The notes below the pieces were generated by a model, which had not been told where the DNA came from, did no database searches, and saw only the letters and a program-made list of their open reading frames with translations. From assembly GCF_963921235.1 (NCBI RefSeq), contig NC_086097.1, forward strand, positions 92,320,001 through 92,384,000: a DNA stretch of 64,000 nucleotides, written 5' to 3'. Every line of letters begins with the position of its first letter. Position 1 is the first letter of the stretch. Made by a program: the position numbers and the translations under genes. Below, one piece after another: positions 23,400 to 37,133 of this stretch. This stretch comes from Mobula hypostoma (lineage: Eukaryota).

Positions 23400-26200
23400 C
23401 TTAGAACACTACAGCACAGAAACAGGCCCTTTGGCCCATAGACCATGCTGAACCATTAATCTGCCTACTGCCATCAACTTGGATCCAGACCATAACAACC
23501 CCCCATACCCCTCCCATCTGTGTACCTATCCAAATTTCTCTTAAAGATTGAAATTGACCCTGCATCCACCTTTTGTGCTGGCAGCTCGTTCCACACTCTC
23601 ATCAACCTCTGAATGCAGTAATTCCCCCTCATGTTCCCCTTCAACATTTCATCTTTCACCCTATACCCATGACCTCTAGTTCTAGTTTCACCCAACCTCA
23701 GTGGAAAAAGTTTGCTTGCACTTATCCTACCTATCCCCCTCATAGTTTTGTATACCTCTATCAAATCTCCCCTCAATCTTCTACACTCTAGGGAATAAGG
23801 TTCTAACCTATAAAACCTTTCCCTATAACTCAGGTCCTCAAGTCCCGGCAACATCCTTGTGAATTTCCTCTGCACTCCTTTGGTCCTATTTACATCTTTC
23901 CTATTCACACAATTTCAGCATAACGTCCCAGCTCCTGTACTCAATACATTGATTTATGAAGGCCAATGTGCCAAAAGCCTTCTTTGGTACCTGTGATGCC
24001 ACTTTCACGGCATTATGGATCTGTTTCCCCAGATCCCTCTGTTCCACTGTACTCCTCAGTGCCCTAAAAGTCACTGTATAAGATCTACCCTGAGTAGTCC
24101 TCCCCAAGTGTAACAGCTTGCACTTGTCTGCATTAAATTCCATCTGTCACTTCTCAGTCCATTTTTTTCAGGTGGTCCAGACCCGTGACAAACTTTGATG
24201 GTCTTCCTTGCTGTCTGCTACACCCCCAAACTTGGTATTATCAGCAAATTTGCTGATCTAGTTTCCACATTACTATCCAGATCGTTGATGTAGATGATAA
24301 ACAACAATAGACAAAGCACCAATTCATGTGGCACACCACTAGTCACAGGCCTCCAGTCAGAGGGGCAACTCCACTACCACTCTCTGGCTTCTCCTGTGAA
24401 GACTACGTCTAATCCAATTCACTACTTCACCTTGAATGCCAAGTGACTGAACCCTCTTGACCAATCTCTCATGTGCGACTTTATCAAAAGTCTTGCTAAA
24501 GCACTTGTAGACAACATCTATTGCCTTGCCTTCATCAACTTTCCTGGTAACTTCATCGTAAACTCTATAAGATTGATTAGACACAATTTACCATGCACAA
24601 AGCCATGTTGACTATCACTAATCAGTCCTTGTCTATCCAAGCACTTACAGTATATATCAGATCCGTTAGAATACCTTCCAATAACTTTCCCACTACTGAT
24701 TTCAGGCTCACTGTCCCATAATTTCCTGGCTCTTTCTTAAACAATGGAATATTCACTATCCTCCAGTCCTCTGGGACCTCACCTGTCACTAGGGATGTTT
24801 TAAATATCTCTGCTAGGGCCCCTGCAATTTCTGCACTTGCCTCCCACAGAGTCCAAGGGAACACCTTGTCACACCCTGGGGATTTATCCGCCCTAATTTG
24901 CCTCAAGACAGCAAACAGCTCCTCTGTGATCTGTATAGGGTCCATGACCTTACTGCTGTATTGCCTCACATCTACAGACTCTGACTGTCTCCTGAATAAA
25001 TATAGATGAAAAAATCTATTTAAGATTTCTCCCCAACTCTATCGGTCCCATGCATTGATTACCATTCTGGTCTTTCAGAGGACCAATTTTGTTCCTTCCA
25101 ATGCTTTTGTTCTTAACTTACCTGTAGAAGCCTTTAGAATTCTCCTTCACCTTGTCTGCTAGAACAACCTCATGCCTTCTTTTAGCCCTCCTGATTTCCT
25201 TCTTAAGAGTTCTCTTGTATTTGTTACATTCCTCAAGCACCTCATTTGTTCTTACCTGCCTATAGCTGCTCTGCACCTCCTTTTTCTTAACCAGGACATC
25301 AATATCTCTCAAAAACCAAGGTTCCTTAAACCTGTTTTCCTTCCCTTTTATTTTGACAGGAACATGCAGACTCTGTATTCTTAGACTTCCTCTTTTGAAT
25401 GCCTCCCACTTACCAAATACAACTTTGCCAGAAAACAATCTATCCCAATCCACAATTGGCAAATCCTTTCTGAAGCAATCAAAATTGGCCTTTCTCTAAT
25501 TTAGAATCTCAACCCAAATACTGGACCCATCCTTTTCCATAATTACCTTGGAACTAAAGGCATTATGATTACTAAATGCAAAGCATTCCCCTACACAAAC
25601 TTCAGTCACCTGTACTGCCTCATTCCCTAATAGGAGATCTAGTACCACACTTTCTAGTTGGGACTTCTATGTACTGATTAAAAAAACTTACCTGAACTCT
25701 TTTAACAAACTCTATCCCATCCAGCCTTTTTACAGTATGGGAGTACCCAGTCAATATGTGGAAAGCTAAAATCATTACTACCATAACCTCATATTTCTTG
25801 CAATGTTCTGCAATCTCTCTGCAGATTTGCTCCTCGAAATTCCATGGACTGTTAGATGGTCTGTAATATAACCCTACTAATGTGGTCATATCTTTTCTTA
25901 TTCCTCAGTTCTACCCATATAGCTTCACTAGATGAGCTCTCCAGTCTGTCCTGACTGAGCACCACCGTGAAATTTTCCCTGACCCTTAATGCCACCCCTC
26001 CCACTTTAATCCCTTCCCCTCTATCACATCTAAAACAACAGAACCCTGGAACATTGAGCTGCCAGTCCTGACCGTCCTGCAACCAAATCTCAATAATGGC
26101 TACAAAGTGATAATTCCACGCTCTAAGCTCACCTGCCTTTCCTACAATACTTCTTTCTTTGAAGTATACACAGCTCTCCAGCCATCGGGAACATCCTCCC
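23400..26200 (-). mobile_element. CR1 LINE ORF2 (APE+RT), frameshifted, nested in an older CR1 (~23130-26830)
   Basis: ORF pieces GGVAL, YYRPSNS, KSPGCD, FSKTFDKVAH, MEFNADKCK and RRLRGDLIEVYK. Confidence 0.9.
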
Positions 26201-26851
26201 TGTATCCAGTCTGTCTAGGATTTTACAGTTTATTGAGGATCTCTCTCATTCTTTTACACACCAATGAACATAGGCCTAACCAACCCAGTTTCCTGATACA
26301 TCAGTCCTGCTATCAAGGAAACAGTCTGGTTAACCTCTCTTACATTCTCTTCATCTCAAAAACATTCCTCCCTCATATCAACTGACCAAAACTACAGCTA
26401 GTGGTTCACCGAGTCCAAAATATTCTAGCTCCTGAACTCAAACCCTCTTGCAAACACAGCCAACCTTCCTAAATGCTTGCTGCATGTGAATATTTGCTTT
26501 CAATGACTGGTGTACAAGGATTCCTAGGTCTTGTCAAAGTCTTCCCTTTATCCAATCTATCACCATTTAAATAGTACTCTGTTGTTCTGTTTTTGAAACC
26601 AGAAGGGATTTATCCTTGTTAAATTGTATCTGCTGTGCATTTTTACACTCACTCAACTTGTCCAAATCACACTGGATTCTCCACACAACTCACAGTACTC
26701 TCAATGCCTAATAACATCTGAAAGCTCGGAGATGTTACATTGAGCTCCTGAATCACTGATGTATATTGTGGTTATCTGGCACTGATCCCTATGGCACCCA
26801 TACAGTCAGTGCCAGCCAGCCACCTTGTCTTACTATCTCTTCTTTCATTTT

Positions 26852-26886
26852 GTCCTGACGAAGGGTCCCAGTCTGAAACGTCAACT
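26852..26886 (+). ncRNA. Minimal type I hammerhead ribozyme motif in a short Penelope-derived fragment (~26840-26950)
   Basis: CTGACGA-AGG(GTCCCAG)TCT-GAAACGTC core, near-identical to 55663-55698. Confidence 0.6.
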
Positions 26887-29609
26887 GTACCTCTTCCTAC
26901 AGATGCTGCCTGGCCTGCTGTGTTCACCGGCATTTTGTGTGTGTGTTGTTAAAAGAAGCTTTATTCTCTGTTTCCAATCAATTTACAGTCCATGCCAATA
27001 TCTTTTGTGCTTTAATTTTGCACACTTATCAAAGATCTTCTTACCAGATCTATGGTATTCTGAAGTTCTCCTCCTGCTGAGGTTGAAATTGAGTCTGGAG
27101 CAATCCCCTTCTTTTATTGGTGATAATTCCTTACCATCTCCATATGAAGGCAAGAAGAGACAAATGCCAATATGGAAGTGTGTGTGTGTGTGTGTGTGTA
27201 TACATGCACATATGTCAACACATGCAGATCTGTGTACCAGCTATGATGCATTTGAACATTGAGAAGTGCTGAAGGTGGTTTCTTTCTTAGTCATTTCTGA
27301 AGGAACTTCAATCTGAAACATTGATTCCTTTTCTTCCAAAGATAGTGCTTGAGTAGTTGCTGAGTATTACCAGCATTTTCTGTTTATAGTTCAGTTTTCC
27401 AGCATTTGTTGTTTTTTTAAAATAACCTTATACTACCTATTTCATTGTAACACTAGACAATAAGTTCTTCCAGCAATACTCAGCAAGTCAAGCAAGTCAT
27501 CAGAACCGAGCGAGACAGAAAACAAGCTAGTCTAGGTAGCAAAGTATATAGTTTGTTTACCATTCAGAGTTACAGAGAAAGGTCTAGTACAAAGAGAACA
27601 CGTAGTCTGAAGAGAGTGAGAAATATGCAAAATAATGGCATTTTTTACCACCCTAACTTGCTGTAAAATATTCTAGAATCTAAACAAGTTGCAGATGTCA
27701 GAAGCCTGAAATAAAAATAGAAAATGAAGGAAAATATCAACAGATTAGAATGGTTTGTGGTAACCCTCAGCTCATTCCTTTTTTTTTGCAAAAAACTCAG
27801 GAGTGGGTAATCTGAATTAGTATTCAATGCTGCCATCAAGCAGGAGGTTTGGGAGCCAGAGAACCTACACCTAAAGGTACTTAAACCCACTGGAAAACTC
27901 CTAAAACGACCCCGGATTATGTTTCTTTTTTCTCACCCTCTCAACTTGCACTAATGTTGTTCAGCATTTTGTTGTATAAGCTAAGAATAATTTATGTTCG
28001 TTTAAATTTATTTTAACCGCACTGAAAAAGCTGATTTTCATCACATTAATACTTTATGCATGCACCTTTACAACAGCAAACGTGAATTTGAATGTAACTC
28101 CAGAATGGAAACTTTCCTGCCATCTTACAGATTTTCCAATAACTAGAGAGTGGATGGTTCACGGTAACTCTGGACAGGCGTACATCCCAAAATAGTCTCC
28201 TATCAGTGCTGTATATTCGACAGTTATTCTAGAGTGGAGGCTCCTTCATTACATTTGTGATTTCACACTCTTTTGAGACTGGAAACTCTTGATTTGTAAT
28301 TCACAGAAACTCTGGGCCAAAACTCCCCTCATTGTTGTGTGTGCTTTGCACTGCCTCTGGTTCAATTCCCAAAGCTGCTGTGTGACCTGTGTGATGTGCT
28401 ATTTTTCTTAAACAATTGACCAACAGTTCTTTGTGACAAGCATTTTATGTTTTATTTTGGACTTTCAGCACCTGCAGATCTATTTTATATATGCTTTCAC
28501 TGACCTGCAAACCCTCCTTTGACACCAAGCAACTCACAGGAACTCCTGAGCCGGCACTCCAACTTTACATTTCTAGTTTTGTAGGAACTCCAAACAGGAA
28601 CGCTTGCTTTAATAGTACATCTTTCAGTGTAACTGCTCATTTTAATTTCTGTTAGGCTGTAATTTCACTCGAGCTTTGTAGGTATACTGCATGAAACCGT
28701 ACCCTTCAGACCACTCAACTCCATCAGCCAAGGTGCCAACCTACCTGAGCAAGCATTTCAAATGGTTGCTATCCATGTGCCTGTATTTAAAATGTTGTTT
28801 TTGTATCCATCTCAACATGTTCCCCCAGGTGCTCAATCTATGTACCTACCATCCTCTGTGTGGAAAATTTTCCCCTCGGGTCCACTTTAAATCTTTCTCT
28901 CCTCGTCTTAAATCTATGCCATCTAGTTTTAGACTCCCCTATCCTGAAAAAAAGACCATGAGCTTATCTTTGTTTCGCATAATTTTACATCCTTCAAAAA
29001 GGCAGGTTTCACAGTAAATCACATAGGATGGTCTCTAATATTATATTCTCCTGTAATAAAACATAGGACAAACAATTTAGTGTTGGAAAGGCCCTTCAGC
29101 CGACAATAGCTGTGTTGAACATGATACCAAATTAAATTAAATCTCCTCTGCCTGCACATGGTCCATAGCCCTCCAAACCATGCATATTCATGTGCCTGTT
29201 TAAATGCCTTTTAATCTTTACTAATGTATCCTCTTCTGCCACCTCCCCCGGCAGTGTTCTTCCAGGGATCTGCCACTTACATACAGAACCTGTCCCAGAC
29301 ATCTCCTTTAGCCTTTCCTTCCCACTTTAAACACATGCATTTGATATCACTGGACTGGGAAACTGCTCTTCACTATGCGTACCCTGCACGCATTCCAGAC
29401 TAGAAGCTTTGCCTTATGCGGTCATACCCAAATAGAAAGCACTGCATGATTTGTAGTAAGCCTAGCATGAACCAATCCTTTTATATTGTATGTTTTGCAT
29501 TACCTGTGATCTGGAAATTACCTGTAGCATTTGGTAGTAGCTGCAGTCCGAGAGCTCCCCCTTTATCTTACATCTCTCCTACCCTGTTTAGTAGTCACTC
29601 AAGTGGAAA

Positions 29610-30070
29610 GTAATGTGCTTCCCACAATGGTTCACTTGGTTTCCCAGTGGCCGATGAGGCCTGAATGAGACCCGGGCACTTGTCCACAGGAGGTGCCAGA
29701 TGAGGCAGGTGGTAGGTGTTGAGATGGTGAGTTCATGGAGTTGCTTATTCAGGGCTTCTAAATGCTCCTGATGCAAGGACTCGAGGTTCCCAATGCCACC
29801 CTGAATGTTTCCTCTTCATACAGAGAAGTCATGGGCCATGTATTCCTGGGAAACAGAGAGGGTGCTGCATTTTCCAAGCCATCCTTGAATCTTTTGCTCT
29901 GTGTGCTTGTTAATCTCTCTCCACAACAGAGTTTGGAATAGAGTGAGTGTTTCTGGAGTGTAATGTTGGGCACATGGAGACTGCCAATTGCCGAATTGAG
30001 CCAAATGAGTACAACTGGGCCACAAAGCTGGGAACATTAGCCTGTGAGGACACTGATGTTGGTTTGCTGA
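29610..30070 (-). mobile_element. RTE-clade LINE 3' fragment
   Basis: MPNITLQKHSLYSKLCCGERLTSTQSKRFKDGL resembles the RTE C-terminal motif MPxxRLPKxxLYxELxxGxRxxGxQxKRFKD. Confidence 0.65.
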
Positions 30071-30784
30071 TTATTCCAGTGGTAATTCTTTCTATCCTGC
30101 CTGCATGACAACTATCTTCTAATATATTCACTGTACCTCTTGACTGGGAAATATTAGTTTGTTTCAAAACTCAAGTGAATGTTTCGCATTCACTCCTTTA
30201 ATAATACATATTTATCAGTGACTCCTGACTGCAAACTCTGCATTAATATTGTATTGATTGCAGAAAGTGTAGACTGGTAACTCTTAAGTTACATTACATA
30301 CATTTTTCAGTAACACTTGTCAAGAATTCTTCCTTTACATTTTTAATTTTCACAGTAACTACTGAATGACTGCTTCCCTAACATAGCAGGATTCACAGAA
30401 CCTCGCCATATTACAATTTTCACCAATTGCGTAATGCTCTTTTTATTGCAGGTCTCCAACTGTCTTTGGGCTCATAATTCTCCCTATTCATTCCATGTTT
30501 CACAATAACTCTCTACAGGACACTCTTGTATTTTACAAACACAAGAGATTCTGCAGATGCTGAAAACACACACAAAATGCTGGAGGAACTCAGCAGGTCA
30601 GGCAGCATCTATGGAATTGAACATACAGTCGAGGTTTCAGGCTGGGACCTACATTATACCACATGTTTCAAACTATTCCACAAAGACTAATCTCCTTTCA
30701 GGCTTCGTGTTTCAGAGCAACTCTGGCCTCAAAATCTTGCACTAAAAGGTTGTCACAGTAACATGAGACTCAAACCTCTCACTC

Positions 30785-31418
30785 AAAGTTCAAAATAAAT
30801 TTATTATCAAAATACCTATATGTCACCATATCAACCCTGAGAATCATTTTATTGTGGGCATATGCAATAAATCTATAGAACAATAACCATAATAAAATCA
30901 ATGAAACACCGCTCAATTTGAACATTCAGACAGGGTCCATAAGACATCAAACTGTGCAATACAAAGAGAGAAATAATAATAAATAACAAAGCAATAAATA
31001 TAGAGAACATAAGATGAAGCGAGCTTGAAAGTGAGTCCATTGGCTGTGAGAACAGTTCAATGATGGGGAAAGTTAAGTTGAGTGAAATGATTTCCTTTGG
31101 ATCAAGAGCCTGATGATTGAGGGGTAATAACTGTTCCTGAGCCTGGAGGTGTGAGTTCTGAGGTTCCTGTACCATCTTCATGGTGGCAGGAGCAAGAAGA
31201 GGGCATATCCTGGGAGGTGGAATCCCTAATGATGGATAATGCTTTCCTGCAACAGCATTTCATGTAGATCTGCTCAGTGGTTGGAAGGGACTTACCCGTG
31301 ATGCACTGGGCCGCACCCACTGCTTTTTGTAGGATTTGTTCAAGGGCATCGATGTTTCCATACCAGGCTGTGATGCAGCCAGTCAATACACTCTCCACCA
31401 CACATCTGTAGAAGTTTC
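30785..31418 (-). mobile_element. Rex/L2-type LINE 3' fragment
   Basis: ORF 31102..31401 (VESVLTGCITAWYGN) and a TTTGAAC-type tail. Confidence 0.8.
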
Positions 31419-32358
31419 ACCTTCAGGCTGGAAATTCTCTCTTTATATTGAATGTTTGCAGTAACCTGCATAGAAAGCTCTCCCTCTAGGTCACATATTT
31501 CATGGTACTGGAGGTACTCACATAATTATGCATAATTTAAAGTAAAACCATCTGGCAAATCTGCCTTGATATTGCATGTCCTGTATTAACATTGCAGTGA
31601 ACAGTTACTGATTGTTTCAGGGTAACTCCAGACTAGTCTCCCAGAGGATTGTATTATTTCCCAGTAGCTCTGGACAGGAAAATCTCTCACTCTTGTGGAT
31701 ATTTCACATTATTTCAGGCTTGTCAAATTTTTACTGTAGCTGTCGAAGCATCTCTGCCCTGGGATCCACTTGTTAGAACTGTTCCATTTGTTGGAATTTC
31801 GGACTGGAATCCCTCACTTTGTACTTAGCATTCCAGACAGGATATTCTCTATATCTCATATTGGTCACCATGGACAGAGTGCACCAAAGTCCCTGTTCCC
31901 ACGTGCAACGTTCTATGTTTCATGTCCTTCATAGAAGCTGCAGACTGCACATTCTTCCTTCTTGTTGTACGTTTCCCAGTAACATCATTCTGGAACATCT
32001 GCCCTACGTTCCAACTTTCATCCCAACACCAGTAGGAAACATTTCCTTTACACTGCATAGGTCATCGACAGCACACTGGAAACACTCCTGTGTTATTGCA
32101 CCTTCCTCTATATCACTTCCTTTGCTCGGTAATACAAAACTAGAATGGCTTCCTCCATAGTGCATATTTCACACTAATGTCCCACAGGAAATTCAAGACG
32201 GATATTGCATATTAGACATTCACACCTGTCTGGAATTCTTATACTTAAAGTGTCACAGTAACACCAAACAAGACATCTCCTTCACATTGCATATTTTGAA
32301 GTAATACTAAGCAAAAAAAAAAATTGTTTTTGTTTGTTCCAGAGTTCTGTGACAAACA

Positions 32359-32621
32359 GAGCACTGTGCAAAAGTTATAGGTACAGATATAGAGTTAGGG
32401 TGCCTAAGACTTGTGCACAATACTGAATCTGTCAACGTGGAGTGGAGAGTGAGTTGGTAAATCTGGCGGAAGCAAAGGATGGTGGGAATGGTGTGGGTGG
32501 AGCGCCACTGGAGGAGGTGTGGGACAGGTGGCAGAGTAAGAGTGCCAGGGGCAGGGTTTGAAGTGGTTGCAGACCCACCCAGCCCTGAGATATCTAAGAC
32601 TAAGACTTTTGCACAGTACTG
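32359..32621. mobile_element. Tc1/mariner-type MITE
   Basis: TIR CACTGTGCAAAAG...CTTTTGCACAGTACTG followed by TA. Second copy at 48811-49258. Confidence 0.75.
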
Positions 32622-33606
32622 TATTTCACAGTATGATCAGCCTAGAAACTTTTGATTATTACTGAGAATAACACTATAATGAAATCTTTTCTGATATATT
32701 GTACCTGACAGGGATTTTACAGCAGCACCAGACTGGAATCTCTCCCTTCACACTCCTCTCAGACTGGAACCTAATTTTTAATGCTGCATGTTTCACAGTT
32801 ACACCAAGCAGTAAATTCTCTTTGTACTGTATATTTCACAGTCACACCATACAGTAAAATTCCCATTTACGCCACATGTTTTGGAGTAAAATGTCACTGA
32901 AAACTCTCCCTTTTAAACATATTCTTGCCAGCAGATGGGAAAATCACCAGAATGGAAATGATCCCTTTATATTGTTTATTTTTCTGGAACATGAGACTGG
33001 AAATTCTTGCTTTTTACATGGTAATTTTGCAGATGCACCAGACTGGAAGCTCTTCCTAAATATTGCATTTTTCGCAGTAACATCTGAGCAGTACAGCAAC
33101 TTTTGCTGTATGTTCCAGTGAGCAGCCAGACAAGAATTTCTTCCTTTAGTTCGTTTGATCCCGAGTAACACCACACTGGAACCCTTCCATAATGATGCAG
33201 GGTTCACAGTTGCACCAGAATGGCACCTTATCCTTATATAGCACATTTCACAATAAAATAAATGTGCAACCTTCTTATTTATGCTCCATGTTTCACACTG
33301 ACACTAAATTGGAGTTGTACCTTAATGCTGTGCCTTCCACAGGAACTTTTCCCTCATATGGTAGTTTGCGTGTTTCACAGAATCACCAGACTGGAATCAC
33401 TTTCTTCATACTCAACACTTTCATCAGACTGTAAACTCCTTGAAAGTTTCACCACAACACTATATTGAATATTTTGATTTCACTAGACTGTAAAACACTG
33501 CAGGGTTCACAGTAACGGCAGAGAGAAATTCCTTTCTTGATATGTGTTTCACAGCAACACTATATTTGAAACTCTTGTGTTATGTCATAGTATTTGCAGT
33601 GATAGT

Positions 33607-36470
33607 AAGACCATAAGATATAGGAGTAGGATTAGGCCATTTGGCCCATCAAGGCTGTTCTGCCACTTCATCATGGCTGATCCATTTCCCTCTCAACCCC
33701 ATTCTTCTGCCTTCTCACTGTAGCTTTTCATGCCCTGACTAATCAATAACCTATCAACCTCTGCCTTAATTACACCCAATGGCCTGGCCTCTACAGCTGC
33801 CTGTGGCAATGAATTGCACAGATTCACCACCCTCTGGCTAAAGAAATTCCTCCTCATTCCTGTTCTGAAGGGTCATCCTCATATTCTGAAGCTGTGCTCC
33901 CTGGTTCTAGACACTCCTACTATTGGAATCATTGACTGCATGCCCACTCTATCTAGGGCTTTCAATATTTTGTATGTTTCAATAAGATCCCCTCTCATTC
34001 TTTTAATCGCCATCCAGTACAGGCCCAGAGCCATCAAAAGCTCCTCATATGTTAACATTTTCATTTCCAGGATCATTTTCGTAAACCTCCTCTGGACCCT
34101 CTCCAATGACAGCACATTTCTTAGACAAAGGGCCCAAAATTGCTCACAATTTTCCAAATGTGGTCTGACCAATGCCTTATAAATCCTCAGCACTACATAC
34201 TTGCTTTTATATTCTAGTCTTCTTGAAATGAATGTTAGCATCGCATTTGACTTCTCTACCACTGGCACAACCTGCAAGATAACCTTCAGGGAATCCTGAA
34301 GCCTTCTCCCTCCACCCCTCCCTCCCCTCTGGTGAGTGCTGCTATTCCAAACCCCCCAGCTTTGGAGTATCCTGCCTCCATGGGGATGACCACCCTCCCC
34401 TGCCTGACAGTGACTGCAGGTCAGGTTAAGAGACAGCTGGACAGACTACATCAAGGCAAGGCTACTGGACCCGACAGTATCAGCCCCAGGGTACTGAAAG
34501 CCTGTGCAATCCAGCTGTCTGGTATTTTGAAGCATCTTTACAATCTGAGTCTGAGTCAGGAAAAGATACCGGTGCTATGGAAGACTTCCTGCTTGGTTCC
34601 TGTACCCACGAAGGCAACTCCATCTGAAGTTAGTGACTACAGACCAATTGCCCTCACATCTCACATGATGGAAGTGCTAGAGAGGTTGGTCCTGACTTAC
34701 CCTGGACCACAGGTGAGATCTTCATTGGACTCTCTACAGTTTGCCTCCCAACCTCATGTGGGAGTGGATGATGCCGTCATCTCCCTGTTGCAGAGAGCTC
34801 ACTCCCACCTGGATGATGCTGGTGGCATTGTGAGAATCATACTTCTTGGTTTCTCTAGTGCCTTCAATACAATCCAGCCACTTCTCCTGAGTGAGAAGCT
34901 GCAAAAACTGGGCGTAGACAAATCCACTATCTCCTGGATTACTGACTACCTGACACATAGACCCCAGTTTGTGCGGCTGGGTAGTTCTCTGCCTGAGATG
35001 GTGATGAATGGCACTGGAGCCCCACACGGGACTGTCATGTCTCCATTTCTGTTCACACGGTACACCTCAGACTTTCAGAACAAATCTGAATCTTGTCACT
35101 TGCAGAAGTTCTCTGATGACTCTGTGGTGGTTGGGTGTATCAGAGATGGGCAGGAGTCAGAGTTCAGAGGACTGGTGGACAAGTTTGTGGAGTGGTGTGG
35201 GAGGAATCACCTGCTCCTAAATGTGGCCAAAACCGGGGAGATGGTGATTGATTTCAGGAGGAAGAGGACTGTGACGAGTCCTGTATACATTCTGGGAGAA
35301 GAAGTTGCCGTGGTGGAATGCAAATACTTGGGTGTTCAACTCAACTACAGACTTGACTGGAAGACCAACGCCAAGGCTGTTTATAAGAAGTGATGAGCAG
35401 ACTCTATTTTCTAAGGAAGCTGAGATCTTTCAATGTGTGCAGCAGGATGTTGAAGATCTTTTACCAGTATGTTGTACTGAATACAGTCTTCTTTGCGGCT
35501 TTATGTTGGGGGAACAGCATTGGTGCTGGTTATGCAAAAAGACTAAATATATTCATCAAAAAGGCTCGATCCATCCTTGGTCACAACCCAAATTTTTAGA
35601 GATAGTGATGGAGAGAAGGTCACGAAACAAACGGTTATCCATTATGGACAATCAGGCGCATCCTCTCCATGACCTACTGAATAAGCAGCAGAGCACCCTT
35701 TTGTACAGACTCATTCAGCTCTGCTGTCACGAGGATCGTTACAGAAAGTCTTTGCTACCAAATGCAATAAGCATATACAACAGTTCATCCCTGTGCGACA
35801 GGAGAACGCACATCATAGTACAATAGTCTGTTTTAATATTTTGACATTATTGCACATTGGTAAATTATTATTGTGTATATTATTATTCTGCACTTTATTA
35901 TTATTGCTAAGTGTGTTTTCAAATGTTGCTGCTGTAATGAAAGAATTTCCCACTCGGGATCAATAAAGTATTTAATATTTTTATAATAATAATAATTATT
36001 ATTATTAATCCTGCACTAGGACTCCCAAGTCCCTTTTCACTTCCTATTTCCAAATTTGCTCCCTGTTTAGAATATAGTCCACACCTTTATTCCTTCTACC
36101 GAAGAGCATGATCTTACCCTTCCCTACACTGTATTCCATCTGTGGTTTCTTTGCCCATTCTCCTCATCTGTCCAAGTTCATCTGCAGACTTCCTGCTTCC
36201 TCAACACTACCTGCCCCTCCACCTATCTTTGTATCGTCTGCAAATCTGGCCACAATACCATCAATTCTGTCATCCAGACCATTAATATATAATGTGAAAA
36301 CAAATGGTCCCAACACCAACCTCTGCCAAATACCACTAGTCACCAGCAGTCAACTAGAAAAGACTCCCCTTATTCTCACTCTGCCCTCCACCAGTTAGCC
36401 AAACTTCTGTCTTGCTAGTATGTTTCCTGTAATACTTAACTTGTTCAGCAGCCTCCTGTGCTTTATAGTA
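33607..36470 (-). mobile_element. CR1 LINE 3' part, split by a Rex/Babar insertion
   Basis: ORF 33879..34277 (YKALVRPHLENCEQFW). CR1 sequence resumes after 36013. Confidence 0.85.
34299..36006 (+). mobile_element. 5'-truncated Rex1/Babar-like LINE (RT)
   Basis: ORF 34332..35393 has KATGPD, DYRPIALTS, FSSAFNTI, GAPHG and KFSDD. AATAAA and a (TAA/ATT)n tail follow. TSD AATCCTG at 34292-34298 and 36007-36013. Confidence 0.9.
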
Positions 36471-36927
36471 TATTTTGCAAAGTTACAGCAGACAGGAAAC
36501 TCTTCCTTTACCTTGGGTATTTCACAGTGAAATGAGAGTAAAATATCTTCCTTTGCATATTTCACTGTAATATGAGGCTGTAGACATCTGTTATTTCATA
36601 TCTGACAGAAACATCAGCCTGAAACTTTATTTTATTTGACATTTCTCATGGTAACAGAGAAATAGCTATTTTTCATCATTGCTGAGTGTATTGCTGCTTC
36701 TCTGGGACTGTCCTCTTTGTTTTACATTTCTTCAGTAACTCCAGACTGGAATCATTCCTCTTTTTATTATGTGTCTCATTGCTCGTGTAAATTTCTCTGT
36801 CCATGACATGTTTTGCAGTTTCTCTAGTCAAGAGATCCTCCCTTTAGTGGCATGTTCACAGTATTTCAAGACAGTCAAATTTACTTTATACCATATCGCA
36901 CAGAACAATTCTGACATAAAGCTCTTT

Positions 36928-37133
36928 GCCGCCGGTGGTGTCGTAGCATCTGCACCGGACTTCAAGGCGAGTGGTCCCAGGTTCAAATCCTGTTGTCTCC
37001 TTGCACACTTCCCATCTGTGCTGGGTTGATCATCAAGCTAGCAACTCGGCCTCATAAGAAACAGACAAAAATGCTAAGAAGTGGCAAAGGTTGCTGCCCA
37101 GTGCTCCACAAGGCGCAGAGAGGAACAACAAAG
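36928..37133 (+). mobile_element. tRNA-derived SINE
   Basis: A-box-like TGGTGTCGTAGCA, B-box GGTTCAAATCC and an (ACA)n tail. The head is shared with 39604-39852. Confidence 0.7.

Larger units (their letters stand above)
28090..36925. repeat. Ancient degenerate ~43-44 bp tandem array, consensus approx. TTTCACAGTAACACCAGACTGGAAACTCTCCCTTTATATTGCAT, interrupted by many TEs
   Basis: TTCACAGTAAC and CCAGACTGGAA motifs recur; adjacent units start at 32791 and 32834. The array resumes at 36460-36925 after the CR1/Rex block. Confidence 0.75.

Noticed and set aside
28090..36925. CRISPR-like repeat array
   Set aside because: Units are contiguous and degenerate, with no unique spacers and no cas genes, in a eukaryotic context.
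36928..37000. tRNA gene (also 39780-39852 and 56058-56130)
   Set aside because: No complete cloverleaf; each continues into a SINE body and tail.
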